The position numbers and the translations under genes were made by a program. Positions 15,156-28,551 of a stretch of DNA of 64,000 bases are shown piece by piece (within the stretch, counting starts at the first letter, position 1; every line of letters starts with the position of its first letter). The notes beneath the pieces were generated by a model. It was not told where the DNA came from and did no database searches. It worked only from the letters and a program-made list of their open reading frames with translations. Source of the DNA: the human T2T-CHM13v2.0 reference genome, Homo sapiens; the NCBI RefSeq assembly GCF_009914755.1, contig NC_060928.1, one strand, 5' to 3'.

Positions 15156-17335
15156 TACAGAAAGACCATGAAACCATTAGGTAGCAATGGGTGGACTAGA
15201 ACCATAAGCCTTTTGGAAGCATCTCCACCAACCACAAACTTGCTAAGTCAGAAGCCAATTGATGCTCCCAGAACCTTCCTCAGAATGAGAGATGTATATA
15301 CACATATATGTGACTTTTAATACATATATATTTAAGCACATTTATACAAACACATATGTGTGCATATATATATATACACACAGATATTTCTATATAATTA
15401 AAAGTAATTATAAAACAAAATTGTCAACATCTTAAAAAAGTGAAAATACTTTATTAAAAGTCTATCTGCCAACTTTGTGTCATGTATTATTAATAAAAAA
15501 GCTTTTAATACAGACATATAATATTTCTTCTGTAGAAAAAAAAAGTGAAAATTGACATTTTAAAAACCAGCATTCAATTAAGGGTTATTGGCATTTAGGC
15601 AAAGATAATCGTTCTCCAAAAAAAAAGAGGAAAAAAAAAGAAGAGGAAGAAGAAAAAAGAAATAGCATTTTAATAAGGAAAAACTATGACTCAGTGTCAT
15701 TTTAATAATTGCATTTCCTCAATAAATCCAAGAAAGCTCAGGGAACAAATTCAAATGTAACTACTTTATTAAATCAAAATCCAGCTGTTAGGAAAAACAC
15801 TGAATCAGTATAAAACTTGCAGCAAACCCATACATTTGAAAGTCCTATCTCAGTAAGGAATTACTTATTGAAATTTTTAAAATGACAGTGCATTTTACTT
15901 TTCTGGACTGTTTGCAGAGCACTTTAAACATAATTATCATAGACTTCTGGTTTAATCTTTTGACTTTCATTTCTTCTATGTCATTATTTAAACCCAAATA
16001 TATTTTGTAAATGAAATTTTTGGTCTCAACAGGTCTGCTATATGTTTGCTGCCATACAGTCTCTTAAACAATTTTGACCCTATTAATTAAACAGTTGTTA
16101 TAAATAATCAACAGTCTAGATTCAAAACACAATATGGTTGATGCTATTTTTCTGTAATAGAAATATTTTTATATTTGAGCTAGTTTTGAAATATGTATTT
16201 AGCCAAGGTAGGAAAGTATGATCAAATGAAATAAAAATTAAAAGCTGTCAGAAAATATGCAAATTAATTTTGTTGAAAGTATATAAAGTAGAAGAAACAG
16301 GAAGGAGATTAGAAATTTTCTTATAGATGTATATAGTTAGATTTTAAGTGAACTTAGATTAATTTCAAGGATGTTGCTAATTCAATCACTTTCATACATG
16401 GTTTGAATGTTCAGATTATGTTATTTTGTCCCAATAAATTTCATGTCATAAATTCTAATTAACCACTTTTAAGTAATCATAATCAAATGCAAATAAATCT
16501 ATTTCTTTTTGTTGATTTACCAGTATTATTTTTGAATTTAAAACTTGTTTCCAATATTTAAACTCTTCTGTTCATTATTAAAATATGCTTCTCCTTTTTC
16601 CTAAGACATAGATCCTCTTGCATTTCAAAAAGTTTCAGAGCTTTTCTAGCTGCAGATTCCTAGGAGGTCAGGACTACCCTTTTCTACCCTTTCCTTGTAC
16701 CCCTCTCCTCAGCATCCTGGCTTCATGGAAATTTTTTGCTTTTGATTTATTTCTTTGTAAACTATCGGTAAAAAAGGTGCTGACTGTCCTGCCTTTCTGA
16801 GGCACACAGTCTTAGTTTATATGTAGTGTAAGTATATGTAAATAAGTGACTAGAACAATGTTCATGAAAACAATTTAGTTAGAGAAAGAAGACAGAAGAG
16901 GAAGCAGAAGGCAGCCCTGAGTGAGTGGTTTCAGCATCTTTGGAGGGCAGGGTGTGTTTTCTCCACCAAAACTAAATTTCACTAAGAATGTGAATGGAGC
17001 ACATTCAGAAAAGACCATTCAGAAACGAACAGAAATTTGAACTTTTTCAGAAGATAGTAGAATTATTGGGACACGTTTTAAGGAGTGAGGTGACTTAATC
17101 TGATTTGCTTTTAAACATATCTCACTTTGACTACATCATGGAGTAAAGTTGGGTAAGGGAGGTTGTGAAATAATTAATTTTAAATAATATTTTTTATTAT
17201 TGTTATTGTTTTAGAAAGATTTTTAAAGCATATGTTTCAACCCTGGAAGAACTAATTTTTGCAAAACTTGTTAATTCAAGATTTATATAAATAAAGGGTG
17301 AGGTCCCTAACTCTACAACTTCAAAAATTCATATA

Positions 17336-17720
17336 TGACATGGTTTGGATTTGTGTCCCTGCCCAAATCTCCTGTCAAAATTGTAATTCCCAAAGTTGGA
17401 GGAGGGGCCTGGTGGGAGGTGATTAGATCATGAGGACTGATATCCCCCCTTGCTGTTTTTGAGATAGTAAGTGAGTTCTCACAAGATCTGGTTGGTTAAC
17501 AGTGTGTAGCACCTCCCCCTTCACTCTGTCTTCCTCCTGCTCCAGCCATGTAAGATGGGACTCCCTCTTCATCTTCTGCCATGACTGTAAGTTTCCTGAG
17601 GCCTCCCAGCCATGCTTCTTGTACAGGCTGTGGAACCATGAGCCAATTAAACCTATTTCCTTTATAAATTACCCAGTCTCAGGTAGTTCTTGATAGCAAT
17701 GTGAGAATGGACTAATATCA
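17336..17720 (+). mobile_element. MaLR LTR, MSTA-like
   Basis: 'tgacatggtttggatttgtgtccctgcccaaatctc...catgactgtaagtttcctgaggcctcccagcc...ccagtctcaggtagttcttgatagcaatgtgagaatggactaata'. Confidence 0.88.
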
Positions 17721-17767
17721 TAGGTAATAGGTGTAACAGGTTACCAGACAGGAGTAAGAAAACTTGA

Positions 17768-18181
<414 letters not shown>

Positions 18182-18929
18182 AAAATCCAGTATCTTTAAG
18201 GCATAGTTCTTTGTTGATATTTAGAATGCCAGAGTATGTAATGAGACATGGTAAATAAGTGTAGCTAATTGTGATAAAATGGCTAAAAAAATGAGGAGTC
18301 AGGTGAAAATAATCTTCAGCATTTATTACTTAGGGCCCCCAAATTGTGCTGAAAAAAAGCCCAAAACTCTGTGACGATCTATCAAGTATTTTTTCTTGTA
18401 AGTGACCCCATGTGCTCCTGCTATCCTGGCCATAGATAATTGGATCAAAGTCCAAAGTAAACTCTAATAAAGTAGATCTCTTGAATATGAAACACAAGGA
18501 GATTTTCATAGATAATAAAGAATCACAGAAGTAAAGAGACATCAAAAAAGTATGCAATAAACAGAATCCATAAAATAAGATACTTAATACGGAGAAGGAG
18601 TGATACAGTGAGATATTAATTGCAGGCATTGGAACATGAACCAAGGCAGAAGCAGAAATAAAGGAAGAACAGAAGTTGTAAATTGCTTCTTAACAGGAGT
18701 AGCAAGGAAGAATAATCGTTCATGAAATGACAAAATATATGATGGCTATTTTACAATACGCAAGACATAAAGTGGCAAGATGGGGCATTAAGTAGAGGAA
18801 GATATGAGGTCCAGGTAATCAGGGAAACTGGTAGTCATGAAAAAAGAGAAGTCAATTTACTGAAGAGCAGCATTCTAAGAGTCAGGAGAAAAATAAGCCG
18901 AATTCTATGACATCTATGATATCAGACAC

Positions 18930-19317
18930 TACTATGAATTGAATTTTGACCTCCCCAAATTTATATTTTTAAGCCCCAAATCCCAATGTGACTGTATTTA
19001 AAGACAGGGTCTTTGAAAGGTAATTAAGATTAAATGAGGACGTAAAGATGTGGCCCTAGTCCCACAGAATTGATGGTCTCACAAGAAGAGGAAGAGACAC
19101 CTGAGGCTCCTACCCTGTGCGCAGAGAAAAGGCCATGTGAGAATACAAAGAGAAGGAAGCCATCTGCAAGCCCAGAAGAGAGCCCTTTCCAGAAACGGAG
19201 TCTGCCGGCACCTTAATCTAGGACGTCTAATCTACAGAACTGTGGGAAAACAAACTTTGCTGTTTAAACCATCCAGCCTGTGGTATTTTGTTATGGCAAC
19301 CCTAGTAAACCAATACA
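18930..19317 (+). mobile_element. MaLR LTR, MLT1A/B-like
   Basis: 'cccaatgtgactgtatttaaagacagggtcttt...ggccatgtgagaataca...gtggtattttgttatggcaaccctagtaaaccaataca'. Confidence 0.85.
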
Positions 19318-19451
19318 GAGGCTATGCTGGGTTTTCATTCAGATTTTAGTATTTGCTTTTTACTAAACAACAAAATGTGCTTATATCAAGCACTGTTCTA
19401 ATAAAAAGGAAATGATAAGAGACTTAGATATGGTTCAAAAAGCAATTTAGC

Positions 19452-19735
19452 GGCTGTCGCGGTGGCTCACACCTGTAATCCCAGCACTTTGGGAGGCTGA
19501 GGCGGGCGGATCATGAGGTCGGGAGATCGAGACCATCCTGGCTAACACGGTGAAACCCCGTCTGTACTAAAAATACAAAAAATTAGCCGGGCGTGGTGGT
19601 GGGCAGGCGCCTGTAGTTCCAGCTAGCTACTCGGGAGGCTGAGGCAGGAGAATGGCGTGAACCCAGGAGGCGGAGCTTGCAGATGGCCGAGATGGCACCA
19701 CTGCACTCCAGCCTGGGCGACTGAGCGAGACTGCG

Positions 19736-19789
<54 letters not shown>
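19452..19789 (+). mobile_element. AluY with about 51-nt pure poly(A) tail
   Basis: AluY diagnostics 'gatcgagaccatcctggctaacacggtgaaacccc', 'gaatggcgtgaacc', 'gagcttgcag'. Confidence 0.95.
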
Positions 19790-19794
<5 letters not shown>

Positions 19795-22039
19795 CAGATC
19801 CATTTCAAAAGAAAATTGTTGATTGACAGTGCGCTTACTTCAGAGATTAGAGCTTTCAATTTTAGCCATGATGGTTTCCACATTGTGGCAGAGATTACTT
19901 CCTTTTCTATTGGTTTATTAATCCATTAGTTCTCGGTTGAAAAATTGCAAGTATCTTCAAATTATGCATTTTCAACAAAACAATTCAATATAAATAGTTT
20001 CAAATTAATTATTTCATTGGAATAATCTTAGCCTGCAGTGATTTTCACTTCTGCAAGACTGAGGGAACCAATTTAATAGGAAACCTGATCAACAGACCTA
20101 CCATATCAAATATAGGCAAATTTCTCAGAAATTCAGTTTTAATAAATTATAAATCAATAAAACAAATTCCAAGTTCACCTTAATAATAGAAAACATATAT
20201 ATAAATATATGGTCTCAAGGAATGATTTAAATTGGTTTCTTTCTTTGTAATTTTAAGTTGGTTCCTTTCCCATAACTAACCCTTAAGAAATCATTATATA
20301 CTCTACCTTTTTGCTTCCGTCTTTTTAATTTTTTTGGATAAAATTATTTGTCAAGGAAAATTGATGTCTATTGAAGATTTTGTGGTTTACAAATAATTTG
20401 TAGTGTTTAAGTACCTCCATTGTATAAAATGAGACTGTCTTAATATACTCTTACGGTAATACCACAGACATTTCTCAGTCTTTAGCTTTCTTCCTTCTCT
20501 AAAATCTTTCATAAGGAATTTATTTTCAATGCAAGAATTCACAATCTCATTGAAATAACTGAGTTTCTGTTGTGGAATGGGAAGTCTGCCTAGAAAAGAA
20601 CACACAAAGGCAAAAGGCATCAGAATCACAGAATAGAGTATGTTGCTAAAGAGCCCAATTAGGAAGCAATAATTGTACATTAAAACTAGAGCATTCATAT
20701 TGCTCAGAAATTCAGACTCAGAAGTGCTCCAGTTTGTGGCAACAACAAGAAGGCCCCAGATCAAATATTTCTCCTGTATGTCCATGTTTATCAAAGACTT
20801 CTTATCATCAAATATCAAAATGTTTTCTTCTCCTTTGCAATTATCCATAAAATGTATATATAGAAAACAGTATTTATAAAACGCAGAAATGTGGGAAGTA
20901 CTTTGTCACAGAATATTATTTTCGAATGAAACATGGCTTTGATAATAATAGTTAATATAATTTAATCCCACTTCATAAATCCCTCTTCTTACATCTTTCC
21001 TTATGTTTGTCAAAAGTGAAACTGAAGAACATCTATAAAAGTAGTTCTTTCCCACTATTGTGATTCAGGTAGAATTTCGTTCTCAATCAAATTAGAGCAT
21101 AATTCCTTTCATGTAATTGACAGGGGGTTTTCCCCTTATATAGTAAGGGTTTACTTTTTTTTTCTTAACTCCTTCTCCACTTTATAATTTCTGCCTGAAT
21201 TATAATAAATTTATTTTAAAGAAATTAATGCTGTCTTGAAGTAAAGTCTGATGAATCTGTATATAAGTAAATTTTAAGAAGTGAAAGTTTACATTCCTTA
21301 TACATCTCATCTCTCCTACAGCAGAGGTAGTGAGTTACTGACTTCAAAATCTCCTTTTTCTTACGAGATTCTCACATTAATGTTCAATACCGTAAGTCTT
21401 TTCAGGATTAATTGTAAATTCACAACATTTTCTTTAAATAGCCCTAAGGAGACATATATCATTTTGTGTTTATCTATATATTTATGTTCTTCTAAAATGA
21501 ATAATCAATGAAATATGAATGAATAAACTAGATGAATATAAACTCCCCACTGAATTATGTTATGTGTCCTTCTGAACACAGTAAGGAAAGCATTCACCCA
21601 AAGACTCTCCTAATTTGAATTAGTTATTTTCAGTTTTGGGGATAAGCACTTTTCCACCATTGTTGAAACATAGTTTTGATTTTCTGAAAGTGTACAAAAT
21701 ATTTCAGGAATAAATGACATTAACTTGGGGTTATTTCATGCCTCAAGAATAGCTGTAATTATTTCTTCTCTGGTAGTTCAACACCCTTTCAACAGCTGGC
21801 TGAAAAAATCAATTGCATCTTGATTTCAATTTTTCATCGTGGTATTTTTTAATGGTTAGATTTCAAAAGAATGTGCTTATAATGAAGAAAAATCATGCTA
21901 GTGTCTAGATTTATTCTTTCAGCTGATATTAATTAAATAAAACAAAGTTAGCATTCATATGATTTTATTGATAAGAATGAGAAAATAATTAGAAGGCATC
22001 CCTGAATCAGGCACCCAGGCATGATGCGATATGCCTTCG

Positions 22040-22170
22040 TATCGGCTCTGCAATACTTAGCTATTTAACGTAAAGCAAGTATACACCTCTGGATTTTTGT
22101 TTGTTCATTTGCAAAGAAAGTGGGGATGGAGTACATAATCTTGAAGAATGTTTCATGTCTAATATTCTAT
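22040..22170 (+). mobile_element. MIR fragment
   Basis: 'ggctctgcaatacttagctatttaacgtaaagcaagt...cctctgga...ttcatttgcaaa'. Confidence 0.5.
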
Positions 22171-22537
22171 GCATTTGAAGTCAGAAAATTGAAGAGCATA
22201 AACTAAATTTCATCACTCTGAAAACAAGTCACATGAAATGAGCCTCATTTGAACACTCAGAGAACGTGCCAAATTACGAGGCTGAACACTCTATCCGTTG
22301 TGGATGACTCAATTTACATAACGTGGAAGGAAATCATCTCAGTAACTTTGTAGGCATGGCCATGCGTTGCTTATTTACATATGGATCAAGGGTTTCACGT
22401 ATCACTTAGAAGAAATGGAAAGAAGTAGGACTGTTAGATATGGAATTCTGTAAGAGCCTTCCATATGTCTATTCTGATTCACTTAACATGCTGTGTTATA
22501 CCTAGCAAATGTAAAATTAATTCATGCCTTCAGTGGG

Positions 22538-22567
22538 GTGTGTGTGTGTGTGTATGTGTGTGTGTAT
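22538..22567. repeat. (TG)n microsatellite
   Basis: Direct observation. Confidence 0.9.
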
Positions 22568-22885
22568 GATAAAACCTAGAAAGGTAATTTAGAAGTGTGA
22601 CACTATGAGTACTCATATTGAACTTTATTTTTTTGCTGCTGACTTCTTAATCTCCAAGAAAAGATTTGTGCTTTCAATGCATTTTTAAACCAAATCCTCC
22701 TGAGACAAGATCTTCATTCTCAAGCAGCTCTGATCTTCCACCAAGATATTGGGATGTAAAATCAAAATAAATAATTCTTGGTTTCTAGGATCAGTTAGTT
22801 ATCCACTAAAAATACCACTCTCCTTCCATAGTATGGAGCTGTGACTGCAAAGTGACTGCTCCGCCTGTCTATAAATCCCAACCAC

Positions 22886-23020
22886 TGCTGGGCACAGTGG
22901 TATGCGTATAATCCCATCATTTTGCGGGGCCGAGGCAGGAAGATTGCTTGAGGCCAGGATTTCGAGACCATCCTGGACAACACAGTGAGACCCCCTCTCT
23001 AAAAAAATAAAAAATAAAGA
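22886..23020 (+). mobile_element. Free left Alu monomer (FLAM-like)
   Basis: Single monomer 'gctgggcacagtgg...gattgcttgaggccagga...gtgagaccccctctctaaaaaaataaaaaataaa'. Confidence 0.8.
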
Positions 23021-23039
23021 AACACTAACTTCTTTGCTG

Positions 23040-23360
23040 GGGAATTGTATAATGGGCATACAGTTCTGGCCAGTGGACTGTGAATGAGAAGTCAAATGTC
23101 ACACTTCTAGGCTGACACAATTGAGAAGTGAGTTTGCCTTGTCTGTTCTCTTTTTCTATTTGCTAGCTGGGAGCAAAGGACTCTAATGTCCTAAGAGATG
23201 GCAATATCACAAAAGGGAAAGATGCTGGCTCCCTGAATCATCAGGTTGGAGGCAGGTGTTACACATTCCACTGGACTGTCACATGAGTGGAAAATTAATT
23301 GCACTAAACCATGGGAATGCTTGGTGTTGTTTTTATAGCATTCAGATTTCCTTGTTTCAA
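23040..23360 (+). mobile_element. Old MLT1 (J/K-like) LTR
   Basis: 'cagttctggccagtggactgtgaatgagaagtcaaatgtcacacttctaggc', 'ggctccctgaatca', 'ttgtttttatagca'. Confidence 0.6.
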
Positions 23361-24270
23361 ACACTGTAGGCAAAAGCACATGAGGAAGGACTTTTCATAT
23401 TCATGTAAACTATTAAAAAAGCCCAATTGAATCAAGGTATTTAGTTTCACCAGGCAAATAACTTACTCTAGAGAGACTTTTCTTATTTTCAAAATTAATT
23501 AAATGTGTTTAAAAATACTGTCTTTCTACCCCATACTGACACAGATTTACTCAATATTATACCTCCGTTTGTTTGCATTATTTAATTTGCTGTGCTTAGG
23601 GGCAAGCCATGGCAAGGACAAAAATTACTTCAAAAAACTCATTCCTCATTCCTGTTAAGTCTACCCCTGAGGCACCCAGTTTTCTCCCTGTTTTCAGTTT
23701 AATGACTTTCCTGATTCTTAGAGTGCAGTGGGAGGTATTCCCAGTGGAGTAGCTGTTGCAGAAGCAATCCTACAGTATCTCTAAGGAGATTTCTAGTGAG
23801 AAGTGTGAAAATCAGTGTTCATTAAAATGCATATTTACTGTTTTAAAAGTTATTTTCACATCACACAACAAGATACAAGTATTAGGTGCCAGGCATTTCA
23901 AAAAAGTTTTTGTCTAAATTTTGGTATATATAATTCAGAAACTTCTTCAGGGACCTTTTCCAACTCATTATAACAACAAGAAAACCCAAAAATCTCAGTT
24001 TTAAAACAATTTCCTTCAGTTACATCTCCATTGTAATTTTAGCTTAATGATATGTAGTTATGTTTTCCACTTTCACAATGCTAGCATTACACAGATGTTC
24101 TTTTCAGATGGAAAGCACAGCTGTCCATTATCATTAACATTTCATCCGAATGCACAATGATATAAATTAAGGGAAAGCCTTTTACAAAATAAAATTGAAG
24201 CTTTTTTAAAAAAATTCTAGGATATGAGGTTTTGGCCTTAGTGGCTTCAAAACAATAGTGGCTTTAGAAT

Positions 24271-24331
24271 TGTTAGGATTTTCATGTAAACTTTCATGTT
24301 AGGATTTTCATGTTAGGACTTTCATGTAAGG
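24271..24331. repeat. Short tandem repeat, about 4 copies of a 14-mer (tgttaggattttca)
   Basis: Direct observation. Confidence 0.8.
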
Positions 24332-25629
24332 AAGAATCAGAGAAGATTTCAAGAATTGATTTGTATATAAGCTTAATGACTTCACTTTTCAAGATTAAAA
24401 TGTCAAAATAGAATACATAATTTCATGAGTATAAATTTTGTTGCAGTTATTCTTATTTTGGTATTGCCAAATAAAATAGTCTTAAACTTAAATGCATTTG
24501 TAAATACAATTAGATTGAGTGAGTCAACTTGTTTAACATTTTCTAAGTACTATTATGTGTAATTACTATGTTGAGTTAAGAAGCACAAATTCTTCTGAAA
24601 ATATGCTGCAATGTTTAAATATTGTATAAGAAGAAATACATTCATGAATGATGTTTGATGGGGCACTGGACTTAGTCTGTTTATTGAATCTATGTCCTAC
24701 AATTTCTGCTCCCTCTGCACAAAATGTATTTCCTTTATTTTCTACTTCTTTATCAATGATAAATTTTGTACCAACATCTCTCATATCCATCTATGAATTA
24801 ATATAGAGACACACGTAGGTCCTTTTCCTTCAGCGTTCCTTATCTCACAATTTAAATCTACTTGTACACTTGATTTCACATCACATTCTGGGGAAAATCT
24901 CGTGGCTAGCAAATGTTAAGGGAGCTGTAGACTTAAAATTGGCTCTCTATATTCAGCCCTGCTGGACTTGTAGCACAAAGCACTGGCTTCTTTATTGTTC
25001 TTTGTGAGCAGACTACAAGTTCCTATATCACGACTCACAAAATATTTCAGTTTTGTCCCTTCTGCATGAATCAGATCTCTTATGGCTAGTGACTCAATCG
25101 GACTGAATTTGGGGCCCTACCATTCGAGCACCAGTTTCTACATATAGGAATTTTCTGAATAATACTATCTTTTCTTAAACACTATACCAACTTCTAGGGT
25201 CTCTCCCATGATCTCCTGGGTGTTAGGATGCTGAACTCAGCAACCTATTTGGGAACAGAAGAAAAAGTCAAGAGAATGGCAGAAAGCTTGACCCTGACAT
25301 TCCTGATCCCCAGAACCAACACAACAGCCTCTCCCCACACAGCTCATTGTGTGAGAAAAAACCCTGATGTGTTAGGTTGTCGTTCTACTGTGTCTGCTAC
25401 TAATAGCCAACCACTATTATTAACTGACACTGTCCTAGAACATCTTGCTTTCCTCTGAGAGCTGACATACTTTCTCCCTTTTGATAATGAGAAAAAAAGA
25501 TTTTAACGTCTTACTCTGACTGCCACAAATCTTAGAGGCACCTTTAATCACTGTGGTTGTGGCAATCTTTATCATTGGTTTATATGTTCCTATATGCATT
25601 CGTGACTGTTTTTCTCTTCCTACTTCCAT

Positions 25630-26000
25630 TCTTTTTCTTCTCCTTCTCCTCCTTCTCCTTCTTCTTCTTCTTCTTCTTCTTCTCCTTCTTCTCCTTTTTT
25701 TTTCTAGAGACAAGGTCTTGCTCTGTCACCCAGGTTGGAGTGCAGTGGTGTGATTGTAGCTCACCACAGCCTCAAACTCCCGTCTTAAATTGTCCTCCCC
25801 ACCTCAGCCTCCTAAGTAGCTGGACCACAGCCAGGCACCACAATGACTGACTAATGTGTGTGGGTGTGTGTGTGTGTGTCTGTGTGTGTAGATAAGGTCT
25901 TGTGTACCTAGGCTGTTTTTGAACTCCTGGCCTCAAGCCGTTTTCCTACCTCTACTTCCCAACGTGCTGTGATTACCAGAATGAGCCACTGCAACCAACT
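25630..26000 (-). mobile_element. AluJ with (CTT/CTC)n tail and (TG)n in the linker
   Basis: 'agacaaggtcttgctctgtcacccagg...tagctcaccacagcctcaaactcc...tgtcctcccacctcagcc' (J-type). Confidence 0.88.
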
Positions 26001-27109
26001 CCTACTTTCATTCTTATTCTTTCTGAAAACTCCCTATAAGTCTATTTGAAATGAGAAAGGACATAGGAATTTAATTTTGAAATGTACTTATGTGCTACTC
26101 TTCCTAAGAATTATATAAAATTCCCCAGACATGTAACTTGGTCATTTTTATAATCAGTCTTATTGATATCAGATATCATTAATATGTATATGTACATATT
26201 ATACAGGTAATAATACATGTCATAACGTAAGAAATACATTGAGCATGTAAGTTTCAACAGGACCAAGGCTGGATATCAGGGAGAGAGGAGGAAACAAGAC
26301 AGTCATGGACCTAAGACTCATAGTTTATAGAATAAAGTACAACTTACAAATAGTTTGTTTAGTGGCTTTACTTTTATCAGTTAGAACACCTAAGTGAATA
26401 TTTAAATCAAGATCCAAGGCAAGGTTACTTTAAATTGGTGCTGAGTATCAAATCCTTAAATCCTTGAAAAATGAAAATGAAAGCCTTTCTTTTTGTTTTT
26501 TTTTGCGAAAACATCAGAAGATATAACATCCACTTTTATCATGATTTCTTCTTTTATCTTAATTTATTTTTGTCTCATGAATGCTAATAATTTTGGTGTA
26601 GCTTCAGTGAACTCATATCTTTAATAATATTCAATGCCATATTATTCCAAAGACAAAAATTGGAAACTGTATTTACTAAAGGCATTTTAAGGGAAATATC
26701 TGAGTTGATGATCTACACGGGGTCAGCATTCCCTATGTACCTTGTTATTTAAAATGTTCCCTGAGGTCAGGAAAATATGCCTAACAGGGATAATTTGTTC
26801 TCCAGAGTAGTAAAATGCTACAGTTAGAAAATAGGCCAGAGACATCCTAGCTTCCCTATAAATATCAACTGAATTAGTGCACAAATAAAAATATAGCATG
26901 CTATAGAAAACTGCAGGTCTTCCGGAACCCCAATAAATAAATATAAAGAGCCAGAAGTTGTATCATAAAACTACATAATGATAATATTGATAAGGACATT
27001 GTCAGTGCACTTCAGAATCCTCAGGTTTTTTAAGGATTTACCAAACAAAGATTAAATTGGGATTATTAAAAAGTCATGATAAATCATTCTTAAGAATTTT
27101 CAAAAGTCT

Positions 27110-27433
27110 ATTTATTTATTTGTTTATTTATGTATTTATTTATTTTTGAGATGGAGTTTTGCTCTTGTTGCCCAGGCTGTAGTACAATGGCGTGATCTTG
27201 GCTCACCGCAACCTCCACCTTCCAGGTTCAAGCTATTCTCCTGCCTCAGCCTCCTGAGTAGTTGGGATCACAGGCATGTGCCACCACGCCCAGCTAAAGT
27301 CTTTTTTTTATTTTTAGTAGAGATGGGGTTTCTCCATGTTGGTCAGGCTGGTCTGGAGCTCCTGACCTGAGGTGATCCACCTACCTTGGCCTCCCAAAGT
27401 GCTGGGATTACAGGTGTGAGCCACTGCACTGGC
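27110..27433 (-). mobile_element. AluSp-like
   Basis: 'gagttttgctcttgttgcccagg', 'ctcaccgcaacc', 'ggggtttctccatgttggtcagg'; TSD ttttcaaaagtctattt. Confidence 0.93.
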
Positions 27434-28259
27434 TTTTCAAAAGTCTATTTTTTACATTGGTAATTCATGTTGTAAATATTTTTAATAAACCAGAATATCA
27501 GTTCCATACTGTATCTCATTACCTATTTGTTTCAAACATTTACATAAACTTCAACAATATTTACCTAAAGACGTCTAAGTCTTATCAACAACTTTTTTAA
27601 TATTAGGCTTTTAAAAAACCATAGTGAACATAGTTGTTCCTAAACAGAGGAGAGAAATTACTTGCATGAACATTTGTCCTTCTGGGGAGATGAGGCAAGT
27701 ATTCCATGACAATTTCATAGGAAGCCACAAATTATCTGTCCTTGTTGCCACCTTTGCATTCTGCTCAGTAGACACAGCATCTGTTCAGTCATTTCTAGAT
27801 TGCTGAGGAATGTGCCTACACTAAGTTTGTAGACTAGCATATTCTGCACTCTCTCAATTAGGGGATGAATTAGCTGTGGGGAGAGCCTCCACTTTGGATG
27901 CTTGAATAGAAAATTGCCGTGCATATTAAACTGTGGGTTGGGGATCTATTTCAATCCTGGAGGACAGAGTATGGAAAACATCCTGTTTGGTGTATTGTGG
28001 TAGAAAGACTATAGAGCCTCTGAGATACCCAACCTTATTTTTAGGACTGCTCTACCACAGAAAATGGTGTGGCCATCCATTAAATAGGATGTCTCACCTA
28101 CATTAGGAAAGTGATAGAAAAAAAAAATGAGATGTAATAAGGATATAAGGAGAGACTGTTAAGTTGCAAATTGCCCTATGCATAGCAGCTGTGCACAACA
28201 GGGCTATCCCTCGGAACGCTATCCTTCACTCAAGGGTGGCTGAGGAAATGCACACTTTC

Positions 28260-28551
28260 TTTTTTTTCTTGAGACGGAGTCTCGCTCTGTCACCCAGGCT
28301 GGAATGCAATGGCACAGTCTCGGCTCACGGCAACTTCCGCCTCCCAGGTTCAAGCAATTCTCCTGCCTCTGCCTCCTGAGTAGCTGGGATTACAGGTGCC
28401 CGCCACCAGGCCTGGCTGATTTTTTGTATATTTAGTAGAGATGGGGTTTCACCATGTTGGCCAGGCTGGTCTCGAACTCCTGACCTTGTGATCCACCCGC
28501 CTCAGCCTCCCAAAGTACTGGGATTACAGGCGTGAGCCACCGCACCCAGCC
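28260..28551 (-). mobile_element. AluS (Sg-like)
   Basis: Full dimer; TSD gaaatgcacactttct. Confidence 0.95.

Noticed and set aside
20387-20848. Longest ORF (153 aa, minus strand)
   Set aside because: No recognisable domain, composition typical of AT-rich non-coding DNA, no supporting exon structure.
24271-24331. CRISPR-like or iteron-like repeat array
   Set aside because: Head-to-tail 14-mers with no unique spacers, in a eukaryotic context with no cas genes.
25435-25850. Poly-Arg, poly-Leu and poly-Phe ORFs
   Set aside because: They are translations of the (CTT)n microsatellite tail of an AluJ.
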